From NCBI GenBank assembly GCA_021789895.1, contig JAJYIU010000021.1:30-64029 (forward strand): a DNA stretch of 64,000 nt, in the 5' to 3' direction. The DNA comes from Acidobacteriota bacterium. GTDB taxonomy: Bacteria; Acidobacteriota; Terriglobia; Terriglobales; SCQP01. A program made the translations under genes and the position numbers. Shown here piece by piece: positions 10,650 through 20,274 of the stretch (its first letter is position 1; each line of letters opens with the position of its first letter). The notes beneath the pieces were generated by a model. That model was not told the origin of the DNA, made no database searches, and saw only the letters and a list, made by a program, of their open reading frames with translations.

Positions 10650-12014
10650 TCAGGCGCCGCGAATTTCCCCCGCGGCCGCGTTCCAAACCGCCGGCGATTG
10701 ATGGAAGTAGGCGTAGTTGGCCATGTGGCAGGCGATCGCGGCGTGATTGCCGAAAACCGCATCCTCGACCGGCGTCTGCCGCGTCCGCACCGATTGAAAA
10801 TAATTCCATAAGTGGTCGCGCGTGTCGTCGTAGCCGGGCGGCGCGGTCCAGGTCCGGCTCACGATCGGCTGCGCCGTGCCGGGCGCGGTTGCGTGTTTTT
10901 TGTACCAGGCCCGCTCGTAGCTTCCCGCCATCGCCCGCGGCCAGGCCGGATCGCAGGGCGAATGATTGCGCCCGTCCTGGGTGTAGATCGAAAACGATTC
11001 CGGGTTCTCGATGCCGCGCATTTCCAGCACCCCGCGCTCGCCCAGGAAACGGTAGATCTCCGGCTGCCCGGTCACCAGCGTTACCCGCAGGCTGGCGCGG
11101 AAGCCGGGATACTCGTAGATGGTGGTCAGCACATCGGGGGCGTCGCGCCCGTCTTTCCAGCGGAACAGCCCGCCGCTCGAGTAGGCGCGGCGCGGCGGCG
11201 CGGTGACGCCCATGACGAAATGGATGCCGGTCAGGCTGTGTATGAACAGGTCGCCCGAGACGCCTTCGCCGTAATCGTTCCAGCAGCGCCAGCGCGCGAA
11301 ACGCTGCGGCGAAAACCGCCGCTTGGGCGCGCTCCCCAGCCAGGTATTCCAGTCGAGCGTGCGCGGCGACAGGTCGGGCGGGATGGCGTAGCGCCAGGCG
11401 CCGCAGGCGTTGCCGCGCCCGAGCGATGACTCCACCAGGCTGACCGGCCCGATCGCGCCCGCGGCCACCAGCTCGCGCGCCTTCTGGTACAGCACCGAGC
11501 CCGGCTCCTGGCTGCCGACCTGCACGAAATGCCCGGTGCGGCGGCAGGCGGCGATGATCTCGGCGCCTTCCTCCGGCAGATGGGTCATCGGCTTTTCGCA
11601 GTAGATGTCCTTGCCCGCCGCTAGCGTATCCAGAATGATCTGCTTATGCCAGTGATCGGGCACGGCGGCGATGACGCAGTCGAGGTCCCTTCGGGCCAGC
11701 AACTGGCGATAGTCGCGGGTCTGCGGCAGCGCCGCCACCGCGGCGGCCGGCTCGACCCCGCGCAGAATCTCGCGCGCCAGCTCCATGCGCCCGTCGTACA
11801 GTTCCGCCACCCCGCCGCAACTCACGCCCGGCAGCCGTATGGCGTGGGAGAGCAGATCGGCGCCGCGCATGCCCACGCCGATCATGCCAAAGCGCACCGG
11901 CGGGGCATTGGCGGCGATCGGCGCCGCGGCGGGCAGCGCTACTTGCGCGGCGGCGGCCAGCGCTCCCGAGGCGGCGGTGGTTTCGAGAAAACGGCGGCGG
12001 GTGATGCGGCTCAT
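10650..12014 (-). CDS. Tat-exported Gfo/Idh/MocA family oxidoreductase
   Basis: MSRITRRRFLETTAASGALAAAA (twin-arginine signal) followed by a Rossmann fold (RFGMIGVGMRG) and EKPM. ATG at 12014 with GAGGAG upstream. Confidence 0.85.
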   Translation of the reverse strand: MSRITRRRFLETTAASGALAAAAQVALPAAAPIAANAPPVRFGMIGVGMRGADLLSHAIRLPGVSCGGVAELYDGRMELAREILRGVEPAAAVAALPQTRDYRQLLARRDLDCVIAAVPDHWHKQIILDTLAAGKDIYCEKPMTHLPEEGAEIIAACRRTGHFVQVGSQEPGSVLYQKARELVAAGAIGPVSLVESSLGRGNACGAWRYAIPPDLSPRTLDWNTWLGSAPKRRFSPQRFARWRCWNDYGEGVSGDLFIHSLTGIHFVMGVTAPPRRAYSSGGLFRWKDGRDAPDVLTTIYEYPGFRASLRVTLVTGQPEIYRFLGERGVLEMRGIENPESFSIYTQDGRNHSPCDPAWPRAMAGSYERAWYKKHATAPGTAQPIVSRTWTAPPGYDDTRDHLWNYFQSVRTRQTPVEDAVFGNHAAIACHMANYAYFHQSPAVWNAAAGEIRGA

Positions 12015-12125
12015 GTTGGGCTCCTCAGGAGAGATGGAACCGCCCAAGTTACTCCAGCCGCGCCGGCTAGCGCAAGCTGCTCGACACGGAGGGTTGAATT
12101 TTTCACAGTTCAGCCCGGCGGCCGG

Positions 12126-13112
12126 TCATGCCGGCGCGGCCAGTTCCGCCAGGGCGCGGCGGGCATAGACGGCGAGGATGTCGCGCCGGTAGGCCGGGGT
12201 CAAGCTGGAAGTGGAGAGCGGCTTGGCCGCCTGCCGCGCCAGCCGCGCCAGCTCGCCGGCCAGCTGCGGATCGCGCGGATCGGCGCCGGCGAGCAGCGCT
12301 TCGGCGCCGGCGATCAGAACGGGAGCGGGATGGACCGCGGTCAGCGCGGCGCGGCCTTGCCGGATGCGCCCGCGCTCGATCTGCAGCGCCAGCGCCAGCC
12401 CGGCCAGCGGATAATCAATCGAACCGCGCACCCGGAATTTGCGATAAGCCCCGCGCCAGCCGGCGCTTTCGCCCGGCAGCAGCACGGCCGCGAGCAGCTC
12501 GCCGGCCGCAAGCCGCAGCGGCCGCGCTCCGTCCGCGCTGAAGAACCCCGCCAGCGGCAGCCGGCGCGTGCCGCCGGGACCGGCTAACTCCAGCTCGGCG
12601 CCCAGCGCCAGCAGCGCCGGAGCGGCGTCGCCCGAGTAAGCCGCCCAGCAGCGGCGCCCGCCCGGCGCGACGTGGCAGACTTCGCCGTCTTTTTTCAGGC
12701 AGAAGCCGCAGGCCCGCCGCCAGCTCCAGGATTGGTTGTACCAGCGGCAGCGGGTGTCCAGGCAAAGATTGCCGCCGAGCGTGCCCAGGCCGCGCTGCAG
12801 CGGGCTGGCGACGCTTTCGACCGCTGCCGCCAGCGCGGGAAACCGCCGCGCCAGTTCGGGCTCGGCCTCGAGCCGCGCCAGCTTGGCCCCGGCGCCCAGC
12901 CGCGCGCCGCCATCGGGAAAGAATTCGATATTTTCCAGATCACGCGCCCGCGACAGCTCGATCACCTGGGGCGGGGCGCAGAGCCCCTGCTGCATCGCCG
13001 GAATCAGGTCGGTGCCGCCGGCCAGCAGCCGCGCCTGCGGCATCGCGGCCAGCCAGGCGGCCGCCTGCGCAGCCGAACGCGGTTGATAGAGCTGGAATTC
13101 GGGCAAGGGCAT
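12126..13112 (-). CDS. Xanthine dehydrogenase/CO dehydrogenase family, FAD-binding (medium) subunit
   Basis: MPLPEFQLYQPRSAAQAAAWL...ARLLAGGTDLIPAMQQG is a CoxM/XdhB-type FAD_binding_5 motif. Confidence 0.85.
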   Translation of the reverse strand: MPLPEFQLYQPRSAAQAAAWLAAMPQARLLAGGTDLIPAMQQGLCAPPQVIELSRARDLENIEFFPDGGARLGAGAKLARLEAEPELARRFPALAAAVESVASPLQRGLGTLGGNLCLDTRCRWYNQSWSWRRACGFCLKKDGEVCHVAPGGRRCWAAYSGDAAPALLALGAELELAGPGGTRRLPLAGFFSADGARPLRLAAGELLAAVLLPGESAGWRGAYRKFRVRGSIDYPLAGLALALQIERGRIRQGRAALTAVHPAPVLIAGAEALLAGADPRDPQLAGELARLARQAAKPLSTSSLTPAYRRDILAVYARRALAELAAPA

Positions 13113-13204
13113 AAGGATCAGCCGGCGCGTTCGGCGTCCGTAACCGCTCCGCCTCGGATGCCAGCGCAGTAGAATGAAGCTGCGCCGAAGTACCGGAAGC
13201 GTTT

Positions 13205-13615
13205 ATGTCCAAATCGCGATCCGTTTCCCTCCTGGCCTGGTTGCCGCTCGTTGCCGCGCTCGCTCTGGCGGCGATGGCCGCCCGTCCCAATCCGTTTCTC
13301 GGCCGTTGGCACGGCACCTCGCGCGGCGACCAGTGGCAGGATTTCACCCTGGTGCTGCAAGCCGCCCCGGCCGGCTCCGCCGAGGCGTTCACCGGCTCCA
13401 TCAGCCTCGAAGATGGCACCGAGTTGCCGCTCTCGCAGATACGCATTCACGGCAACCGCATCGCTTTCCAACTGGACTCTCCCGACGGCGATACCTACAC
13501 CATCACCGGCCGCCTGAGCCATCACCGCCTGCGCGGCAAGTACCACAGCGCCAACAGCTCCGGCACCTGGAAGGCGACGCGGGTGCACGCTAGCCCGCCC
13601 TCCCCGGCGCCGTAG
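13205..13615 (+). CDS. Small secreted hypothetical protein
   Basis: Clear signal peptide (MSKSRSVSLLAWLPLVAALALAAMAA) and non-low-complexity mature sequence. It lies on the opposite strand between Mo-enzyme subunit genes, and its 3' end overlaps the large-subunit 3' end by 26 nt. Confidence 0.5.
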   Translation: MSKSRSVSLLAWLPLVAALALAAMAARPNPFLGRWHGTSRGDQWQDFTLVLQAAPAGSAEAFTGSISLEDGTELPLSQIRIHGNRIAFQLDSPDGDTYTITGRLSHHRLRGKYHSANSSGTWKATRVHASPPSPAP

Positions 13616-15992
13616 CATTTGCGCCATCCGCCCGTTTCAGACGGATCGCCGCCAGCACGCGGTCGGGCGTGAACGGCAGCTCGCGCAGGCGCACCCCGAC
13701 GGCGTCGTAGATGGCATTGGCGATGGCCGGAATCACCGCCGCCAGCGACCCCTCGCCTGCTTCTTTGGCGCCGAACGGTCCTTCCGGATCGCGGCTCTCC
13801 ACCAGAATCGCCTCGATCGGGGGCGAATCCAATGCCGTCGGCACGCGGTATTCCAGCAGGCCGGGATTGGCGAGCAAGCCATTGGGCAGGTAGGTCATTT
13901 CTTCCGACAGCGCCTGCCCGATGCCCATCCACACCGAGCCGATCACCTGGCCCCCGACGGTAACGGGATTGAGTGCGCGGCCGCAGTCGTGCGCCGCCCA
14001 TACCTTCATCACCCGCACTTCGCCGGTCTCCTCGTCCACTTCCACCTCGGCCACCTGCGCGGAGTAGGAATAAGCCGGCGAGGGGCCGACGCCGGCGCCC
14101 TTAAAGCTGCCGCCGCGCGCTTCCTCCGGCGGCCGGTAATCGCCGCTGGCGCGAAGCACCGCCGGACGGGGCGGGGCGGCGGCCGAGGCGGTTGCAGGCG
14201 GAACGTCCCGCTCCAGCGCGCGGCGAACCGCCTCGCCCAGCGGCATTGCGCGGCCATCGCCGGCCTGCACTTCGCCGCGGCGAAATTCCAGCGCTTCCGC
14301 GCGCGCGCCCGGCCAGGCCGCGGCCGCCGCTTCCGCCAGCCGGGCGCGCAGATGGCGCGCCGCCGCCAGCGCGGCATTGCCGGCCATGAAGGTTACCCGG
14401 CTGGAATAGCTGCCGAGGTCTATGGGCGTGCGGGCGGTGTCGGCGGCGATCAGATCCAGGCGATCCGGATCGAGCCCCAGCACCTCGGCCACGATCTGGG
14501 CCTGGACGGTGTCGGCGCCCTGCCCGATCTCGGAGGCACCGGTGAGAATTCGCACCCGGCCCTCGGCATCGGCTTCGAGCTCGACGGTCGAGTGCGGGCG
14601 GTCGGAGCGGTTGATGGGATTCGCCGCGCCGCTGACGTAATGGCTGCAGGCAATGCCGCGGCCGCGGCGCAGCCCCGGCGCGGCGCCGCCGGCCTGCCGT
14701 GCGCGCCGGGCGTCCCAGCCGGCGGCCGCGGCCGCGCGCTCCAGGCATTCCGGCAGGCCGTAGCTGAGCACGCGCAGGCCATTGACGGTCACGCAGGGCG
14801 GTTGCAGCAGGTTGCGCCGCCGCAGTTCCAGCGGATCGAGTTCGAGTTTTTCCGCCAGCTCGTCGAGCTGGGCTTCGAAGGCGAAGCGTATGTTCACCGT
14901 GCCGTGGCCGCGCATGGCGCCGCAGGCGGGCTTGTTGGTCAGCACCCGGTAGCCATCCCAGCGCAGGTGGCGGATGTCGTACATGGCGCCCAGCAGCGCA
15001 CCGGAATAAAGCAGCGTCACCGGGCCGTAACCGCAGTAGGCGCCGCCGTCCTGGATGACGCGCGCCCGGACCGCGGTAATCCGCCCGTCCCGCCGGGCGC
15101 CGGTTTGCAGCTCGATGATCTGCGCCGGACGCCCGCGGTGGGTGTAGAAGACCTCCTCGCGGCTGTAAGTGATCTTCACCGGCGCGCCGGCGCGGCGCGC
15201 CGCCAGCGCGGCAATCACCTCCAGCGGGCAAACCTCGCTTTTGCCGCCAAAGCCCCCGCCCACCAGCGGCTTGATCACCCGCACCGCTTCGAGCGGCAGC
15301 TCCAGCACCCGCGCCAGGGTCATTTGCAGGTAGTAGGGCACCTGGGTCGAAGACCAGACGGTCAGCCGCGGGCCCGCATCGTCCGGCGTGAACTGCGCCA
15401 GGGTGGCGTGCGGCTCCATGGCCGCATGCGTTACCGCCGGGCAGAGATAGCGCCCCTCGACCACGGCCTCCGCCGCCGCCATGCCGGCCTCGGGGTCGCC
15501 GAAGACGTGGTGATATTCCTTTTCCAGGTTGCCGGGGCGCGAGTCGTGCAGCCAGCCTTCCGGCGGCGCGGCCATGGCCGCTTCGGCATCCAGATAATGC
15601 GGCAGTGGCTCGTACTCGACCTCAATGCGCCGCAGCGCCGCTTCCGCGACCGCCTCGCTCTCGGCGGCGACGCAGGCGACGTTGTCGCCGATGTAGCGGA
15701 CTTTTTCCGGCTGCAGCGCGCATTCGTCTTTGCCGATCGGCAGAATGCCGTAGGGAATGCGGGCGTCGGCGCCGGTCAGCACCGCGCGCACCCCGGGCAG
15801 CGCCTGCGCCGCGGCGGTTGCGATGCGGCGGATGCGCGCATGCGGCAGCGGCGAATGCAGCACCTTGCCGGCGAGCATGCCGGGCAGCGCCAGGTCGTCG
15901 GTATAGCGCCCGGCGCCGCCGGTCTTGGCCGCCGCGTCCCGCATCGCCATCGGACGCCCGATGACGGTGGGGTTTTCGCCCGCCGCGCTCAT
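13590..15992 (-). CDS. Xanthine dehydrogenase/aldehyde oxidase family molybdopterin-binding (large) subunit
   Basis: Starts at the internal Met of the 987-aa ORF (MSAAGENPTVIGRPMAMRDAAAKTGGAGRYTDDL...). Its ATG at 15992 overlaps the TGA of the 2Fe-2S subunit (ATGA). The remainder is typical CoxL/XdhA-like. Confidence 0.9.
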   Translation of the reverse strand: MSAAGENPTVIGRPMAMRDAAAKTGGAGRYTDDLALPGMLAGKVLHSPLPHARIRRIATAAAQALPGVRAVLTGADARIPYGILPIGKDECALQPEKVRYIGDNVACVAAESEAVAEAALRRIEVEYEPLPHYLDAEAAMAAPPEGWLHDSRPGNLEKEYHHVFGDPEAGMAAAEAVVEGRYLCPAVTHAAMEPHATLAQFTPDDAGPRLTVWSSTQVPYYLQMTLARVLELPLEAVRVIKPLVGGGFGGKSEVCPLEVIAALAARRAGAPVKITYSREEVFYTHRGRPAQIIELQTGARRDGRITAVRARVIQDGGAYCGYGPVTLLYSGALLGAMYDIRHLRWDGYRVLTNKPACGAMRGHGTVNIRFAFEAQLDELAEKLELDPLELRRRNLLQPPCVTVNGLRVLSYGLPECLERAAAAAGWDARRARQAGGAAPGLRRGRGIACSHYVSGAANPINRSDRPHSTVELEADAEGRVRILTGASEIGQGADTVQAQIVAEVLGLDPDRLDLIAADTARTPIDLGSYSSRVTFMAGNAALAAARHLRARLAEAAAAAWPGARAEALEFRRGEVQAGDGRAMPLGEAVRRALERDVPPATASAAAPPRPAVLRASGDYRPPEEARGGSFKGAGVGPSPAYSYSAQVAEVEVDEETGEVRVMKVWAAHDCGRALNPVTVGGQVIGSVWMGIGQALSEEMTYLPNGLLANPGLLEYRVPTALDSPPIEAILVESRDPEGPFGAKEAGEGSLAAVIPAIANAIYDAVGVRLRELPFTPDRVLAAIRLKRADGANATAPGRAG

Positions 15993-16588
15993 GGCCGCTC
16001 CTCCGGCGTCGCTATCGCTTCTGTTTCCGTTTCCGCCAGCGCCGCACAGACCGCCTGGACGATCTGCACATACCCGGTGCAGCGGCAGAGATTGCCGCTC
16101 AACGCCTGCCGGATCGCCGCCGCATCGGGATGCGGCTGGGCCTGGAGCAGCGCCGCCGCGCTGACAATCATGCCGGGCGTGCAAAAACCGCATTGCGCCC
16201 CGCCAATCTCGCCGAATTTGAGCTGCAGCCGGCGCAGCCGCTCCTCCAGATGCAGGCCCTCGATGGTGGTGATCGGCAGGGCCTCGCCATCTTCGCCGGC
16301 GCAACTTGCGGCCAGCAGGGTGCAGCTCAGCACCGGGCGGCCCGCCACCAGCACCGTGCAGGCGCCGCAACTGGAGTCGTCGCAGCCGCGCTTGGCGCCG
16401 GTCAGGCCCAGCCGCCGGCGCAGGCAGTCGAGCAACAACTCGTTGGGCGCGGCGTGGACCCGGCAGGCGGCGCCGTTGACCAGCAGCCGCAGGCTGCGCG
16501 CGGGCGCCGCCACTGCGGAGGATGCGGCCGGCTGCGGCTGGCCGGCCGCGCATTCGTTACCGCTTTGCTTCAGCTCGATGGACTTCAT
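15989..16588 (-). CDS. Xanthine dehydrogenase family [2Fe-2S] (small) subunit
   Basis: GCDDSSCGACTVLV and CGFCTPGMI...NLCRCTGY are the two canonical 2Fe-2S cysteine clusters. Confidence 0.9.
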   Translation of the reverse strand: MKSIELKQSGNECAAGQPQPAASSAVAAPARSLRLLVNGAACRVHAAPNELLLDCLRRRLGLTGAKRGCDDSSCGACTVLVAGRPVLSCTLLAASCAGEDGEALPITTIEGLHLEERLRRLQLKFGEIGGAQCGFCTPGMIVSAAALLQAQPHPDAAAIRQALSGNLCRCTGYVQIVQAVCAALAETETEAIATPEERP

Positions 16589-16680
16589 CGCAGCAGCCCG
16601 TCATCCGCGCGGCATCGCGAGGCTACCAGAACACTAGCACAGGGGGCAACGCCGGCCCCGGTTCGCCCGCCCGCTGCGCT

Positions 16681-17811
16681 TTAACCCAGCCACTTGGCGC
16701 TCGCCGGCTTGGGCTCGATCCATTCGCCGTCGGCGGATAGCATTTGGTTGACCGCCGCCACGTCGGCCTCGGCCGGCAACACCGCCGCCCGGTGGCGCTC
16801 GTATTCTTCCGGCGCCAGCTTTTCGCCGGTGACGCTGTAGGGCTGGCGCGCGAACTCGCCGATCGAGCGGTTGAAGCGAAGGTCGGGCGCGTACAGGCGC
16901 GGCTCCTCCGGCTTCAGCAGCCGGTTCAGCGAATCAATCAGCCCCTGCACTTCCTCGCGGTAGAGCATCCGCGCCGCCTGGTTCAATTGCTCCAGGTCGG
17001 CCGCCTGCGGGTTCTGATGCTCGTCATAGCGCCCCTTCAGCCCCCAGACATAGGCCCATTGGGCGGAAGTCGAGTAGTCGGTGCCGAACAGATCGTAGGC
17101 GGTCGGAATCCATTTATTGAAATATTTCTGGATATAGACGGTGGGAATGCGCCCGCGCTGCACGATCCGTTTCAAGCCATCGTTGCCGGTGCCCAGGTGG
17201 AAGGATTCTTCCTTCAGCATCGGCACCATGCTCTCGGCCAGCGGCGCGAAACCGGAATGGCTGAGCATTTGGAGCTGGAATTTACCGTCCCGGTCAATGA
17301 ACTGGGTGTAGGTATAAAAATCAAGCCAGTTATCCACCCGCTCGTTGAACGAGCCCAGCAGCCGTTTTTGCTCGAAGGCGCGGCGCTCCAGCAGCTTTTG
17401 CGCCTCGATCCGCCCGGCATGGCCGAAATGGGTGATCAGCAGGTGGCACATCTGATAGCCGTGCCGCATCTCTTCCGCCATCACCCGGCTGAGCGCCTTG
17501 CGGTCGTAATCGCTGGGCGCTCCGGCAAACAGATTGCGCTGCTGCTCGACCGAGCCGAACTCGGTATCGCCCTGGTACACGATCAGATTGAGCAGCGCGT
17601 CTTTCGCCCGCTGATCTGGAATCTGCCGCACCGCGCGCCAGCGGGGGCGGCCGCGATAGGCGCCAAACTCGATTTCCGGGGTGTGCAGCGCGCCATATTT
17701 GGCCTCGAACTGGAATTGGCGGATCTCCGGCAGATCCACGCCAATTTCCCTTTGCCAGACGCGGAACAGGTCAATCCAGTCGTCGAAGGTGGCGATGCGG
17801 GTGGCAGACAT
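16681..17811 (-). CDS. BoxB-like di-iron oxygenase (benzoyl-CoA 2,3-epoxidase subunit B family), short form
   Basis: Blocks LIVYQGDTEFGSVEQQR, AEEMRHGYQM, IDRDGKFQLQML and MLKEESFHLGTGNDG match my recollection of BoxB (VTQGDTEPASVEQQR, EEGRH, DRDGKFQL, EEAHH). Both ExxH iron-ligand motifs are present. It is 376 aa versus about 470 aa for BoxB. Confidence 0.75.
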   Translation of the reverse strand: MSATRIATFDDWIDLFRVWQREIGVDLPEIRQFQFEAKYGALHTPEIEFGAYRGRPRWRAVRQIPDQRAKDALLNLIVYQGDTEFGSVEQQRNLFAGAPSDYDRKALSRVMAEEMRHGYQMCHLLITHFGHAGRIEAQKLLERRAFEQKRLLGSFNERVDNWLDFYTYTQFIDRDGKFQLQMLSHSGFAPLAESMVPMLKEESFHLGTGNDGLKRIVQRGRIPTVYIQKYFNKWIPTAYDLFGTDYSTSAQWAYVWGLKGRYDEHQNPQAADLEQLNQAARMLYREEVQGLIDSLNRLLKPEEPRLYAPDLRFNRSIGEFARQPYSVTGEKLAPEEYERHRAAVLPAEADVAAVNQMLSADGEWIEPKPASAKWLG

Positions 17812-17894
17812 TGAGTCCTCCTCTGCGGTCGTTCAGCCCAGCTAGCTTTCTGCTTTCCTCTCGTTCGCAGCCGCCGGGGCGCGCCCGCCCGGCT

Positions 17895-19403
17895 TCAGCC
17901 CTGCGGCTTAGGCGCGTCCAGGTTGACCCAGACGCACTTGGTTTCGGTGTAAAGCTCCAGCGCCGAGCGCCCCAATTCGCGCCCGAAGCCGCTGGCCTTG
18001 AAGCCGCCAAACGGCGCCGCCGGGTCGTATTGGTTGTAGGTGTTGACCCAGACCGTGCCCGCTTTCAACGCGCGCGCCACGCGATGCGCCCGCCCCAGGT
18101 CGCGCGTCCACACTCCGGCGGCAAGCCCATATTCGCTGGCATTGGCCAGTTGCACCGCTTCGTCTTCGTCTGCAAAGCCGGTGACGGCCAGCACCGGACC
18201 GAAGATTTCCTCGCGCGCGATGCGCATTTGGGGGTTGACCTGATCGAAGATGGTGGGGGCGACAAAGCAGCCCTGCTCCAGCCCCGCAACCTGGGCGGCC
18301 GCGCCGCCGCAGACCAGGCGGGCGCCTTCCTCCCGCCCGCCGGCGATGTAGCCCAGCACGCGCTGCCGCTGCTCTTCGGAAACCAGCGCCCCAAGCCTGG
18401 TTTTGGGATGCAGCGGATCGCCCGGCTGGAGCTTGCGCGCCCGCTCCGCCAGCCGTTCCAGCAACTCGGCTTCCCGCCGGCGCTCCACCAGCAGCCGCGA
18501 GCCGGCGGCGCAGACCTCGCCCTGGCCGTAAAAGATGGCGTTGAAGGCGCCCCGGGACGCCGCTTCCAGGTCGGCATCGGCGAAAACCAGGTTGGGCGAT
18601 TTGCCGCCCAGCTCGAGCGAGACCCGCTTGCCGGTGGCCGCCGCCTCGCGCATCACCTCGCGCCCCACCGCGGTCGAGCCGGTGAAGGCGATCTTGTCCA
18701 CGCCCGCATGCCGCGCCAGCGCCGCCCCCGCCGACGGGCCCCATCCGGGAATCACGTTCAAGACGCCATCGGGCAAGCCCGCGGCTTGCGCCAGTTCCGC
18801 CAGCCGCAAAGCCGTCAGCGGCGTCTGCTCCGCCGGCTTCAGCACCACGGTGCAGCCGCAGGCCAAGGCCGGCGCGATCTTCCAGGCCGCCAGCAGCAGG
18901 GGGAAATTCCAGGGCGTAATCGCGCCCACCACGCCGGCCGGCTGGGGCAGGGTGTAGGCGAGTTGGTTGCCGCTGACGGGAATCACCGAGCCTTCCCGCT
19001 TGTCCGCCCAGCCGGCATAGTAGTCGAAGACCGCCGCCGTCATCGGCAGGTCAATCTGTCCCGACTCGAAAATCGGCTTGCCCGAGTTGCGGGTTTCCAG
19101 TTCCGCCAGCTCGTCGCGGTGGGTCTCGATGGCTTCGGCCAGGCGCCGCAGCGCACGGCCGCGCTCGCGCGCGCTCCAGCGGGACCAGGCCGAGTTTTCC
19201 AGGGCGCGCCGGGCCGCGGCGACGGCCGCATCCACGTCCCCGGCCTCGGCTGCGGACACCTCGGCCAGGAGCTGGCGGCGCGCCGGATCCATTGCCGGCA
19301 GCCGCCCGCCCGACTTCGCCGGCGTTTCCCGTCCGTCAATCCATAAGCCCCAGTTTCGGGCCGGCGCTTCCGCCGTCCGGCGAACATCGGCCGCGGCTTC
19401 CAT
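17895..19403 (-). CDS. NAD(P)-dependent aldehyde dehydrogenase
   Basis: FTGSTAVGREVM, ELGGKSP and EVCAAGSR (catalytic Glu/Cys motifs). Start at the internal ATG at 19403 (MEAAADV...) with GGAGAAAGGA upstream; the longer ORF would overlap the upstream gene. Confidence 0.9.
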   Translation of the reverse strand: MEAAADVRRTAEAPARNWGLWIDGRETPAKSGGRLPAMDPARRQLLAEVSAAEAGDVDAAVAAARRALENSAWSRWSARERGRALRRLAEAIETHRDELAELETRNSGKPIFESGQIDLPMTAAVFDYYAGWADKREGSVIPVSGNQLAYTLPQPAGVVGAITPWNFPLLLAAWKIAPALACGCTVVLKPAEQTPLTALRLAELAQAAGLPDGVLNVIPGWGPSAGAALARHAGVDKIAFTGSTAVGREVMREAAATGKRVSLELGGKSPNLVFADADLEAASRGAFNAIFYGQGEVCAAGSRLLVERRREAELLERLAERARKLQPGDPLHPKTRLGALVSEEQRQRVLGYIAGGREEGARLVCGGAAAQVAGLEQGCFVAPTIFDQVNPQMRIAREEIFGPVLAVTGFADEDEAVQLANASEYGLAAGVWTRDLGRAHRVARALKAGTVWVNTYNQYDPAAPFGGFKASGFGRELGRSALELYTETKCVWVNLDAPKPQG

Positions 19404-19434
19404 ACGGCAATCCTTTCTCCGGCGCGATCCGGGC

Positions 19435-20274
19435 TTAGCGGCCCTGGAACTCGGGCACGCGCTTTTCAACGTAGGCGGTCAGGCCTTCATGCGCATCCTC
19501 GCTGGTGAAAAGCAGCTGCTGCAGCTCGCGCTCGAGCGCCAGCGCCTCGCCGAATCCCATCTCGTTGCCGGTCTGCACCGCGCGCTTGATCCTGCCCACG
19601 GCGCGCGCCGCCTTGGCCGGCGGGCAGAACTGGCGAGCATAGTCCAGCACCGAGGCGATGAAATCCGCGCGCTCGTAGATGTCGTGCACCAGGCCCATTT
19701 CCAGCGCTTCTTCGAAGCTGAAGGTCCGGCCCGTGATCATCAGCTCCATCGCCTTCGCCTTGCCCAGCACGCGCGTCAAGCGCTGCGTGCCGCCGGTGCC
19801 CGGCAGCACGCCCAGCGTCACCTCGGGCAACCCGATCTTGCCCGCGTCGCGGCACGCCAGCCGGATGTCGGCCGCCAGCGCAATCTCCAGGCCGCCGCCC
19901 ACGGTGTGGCCGTTCAGCGCCGCGATCACCAGCTTGGGAGTCTGCTCCAGCCGCGACAACGTCTCGTTGGCGTGCAGGCAGAAGTAGTATTTGAAACCCG
20001 GCTCCGCGGTCGAGAGCATCTTGATGTTGGCCCCGGCGGAAAAGAACTTCTCGCCCGCGCCGCGCAGCACGATCACATGCGCCTGCTCGTCCATGCGCGC
20101 CTGCAGGATGGCCTCATCCAACTGCCGCATCATTTCGTAGGTATAGGTGTTGGCCGGAGGATCGTTCATCTCCAGCACGGCCACGCCCTCGTGCAGGCTA
20201 TAGCTGATCAGCTTCGCCGGCGCTTCTTCCGCAGCCCCGGCGGCATGACTCATCGAGGCTCTTAGGGTTGCCAT
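19435..20274 (-). CDS. Enoyl-CoA hydratase/isomerase (crotonase) family protein
   Basis: VIVLRGAGEKFFSAGANI...ALNGHTVGGGLEIALAADIRL is the crotonase oxyanion-hole signature. Confidence 0.9.
   Translation of the reverse strand: MATLRASMSHAAGAAEEAPAKLISYSLHEGVAVLEMNDPPANTYTYEMMRQLDEAILQARMDEQAHVIVLRGAGEKFFSAGANIKMLSTAEPGFKYYFCLHANETLSRLEQTPKLVIAALNGHTVGGGLEIALAADIRLACRDAGKIGLPEVTLGVLPGTGGTQRLTRVLGKAKAMELMITGRTFSFEEALEMGLVHDIYERADFIASVLDYARQFCPPAKAARAVGRIKRAVQTGNEMGFGEALALERELQQLLFTSEDAHEGLTAYVEKRVPEFQGR

Noticed and set aside
13590-16553. A 987-aa ORF suggesting a fused small-plus-large Mo-hydroxylase subunit.
   Set aside because: The first 187 codons are an Arg/Ala/Gly-rich out-of-frame read-through across the real 2Fe-2S subunit gene (15989..16588, different frame). 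The large subunit starts at the internal Met (ATG at 15992), which overlaps the small-subunit stop.
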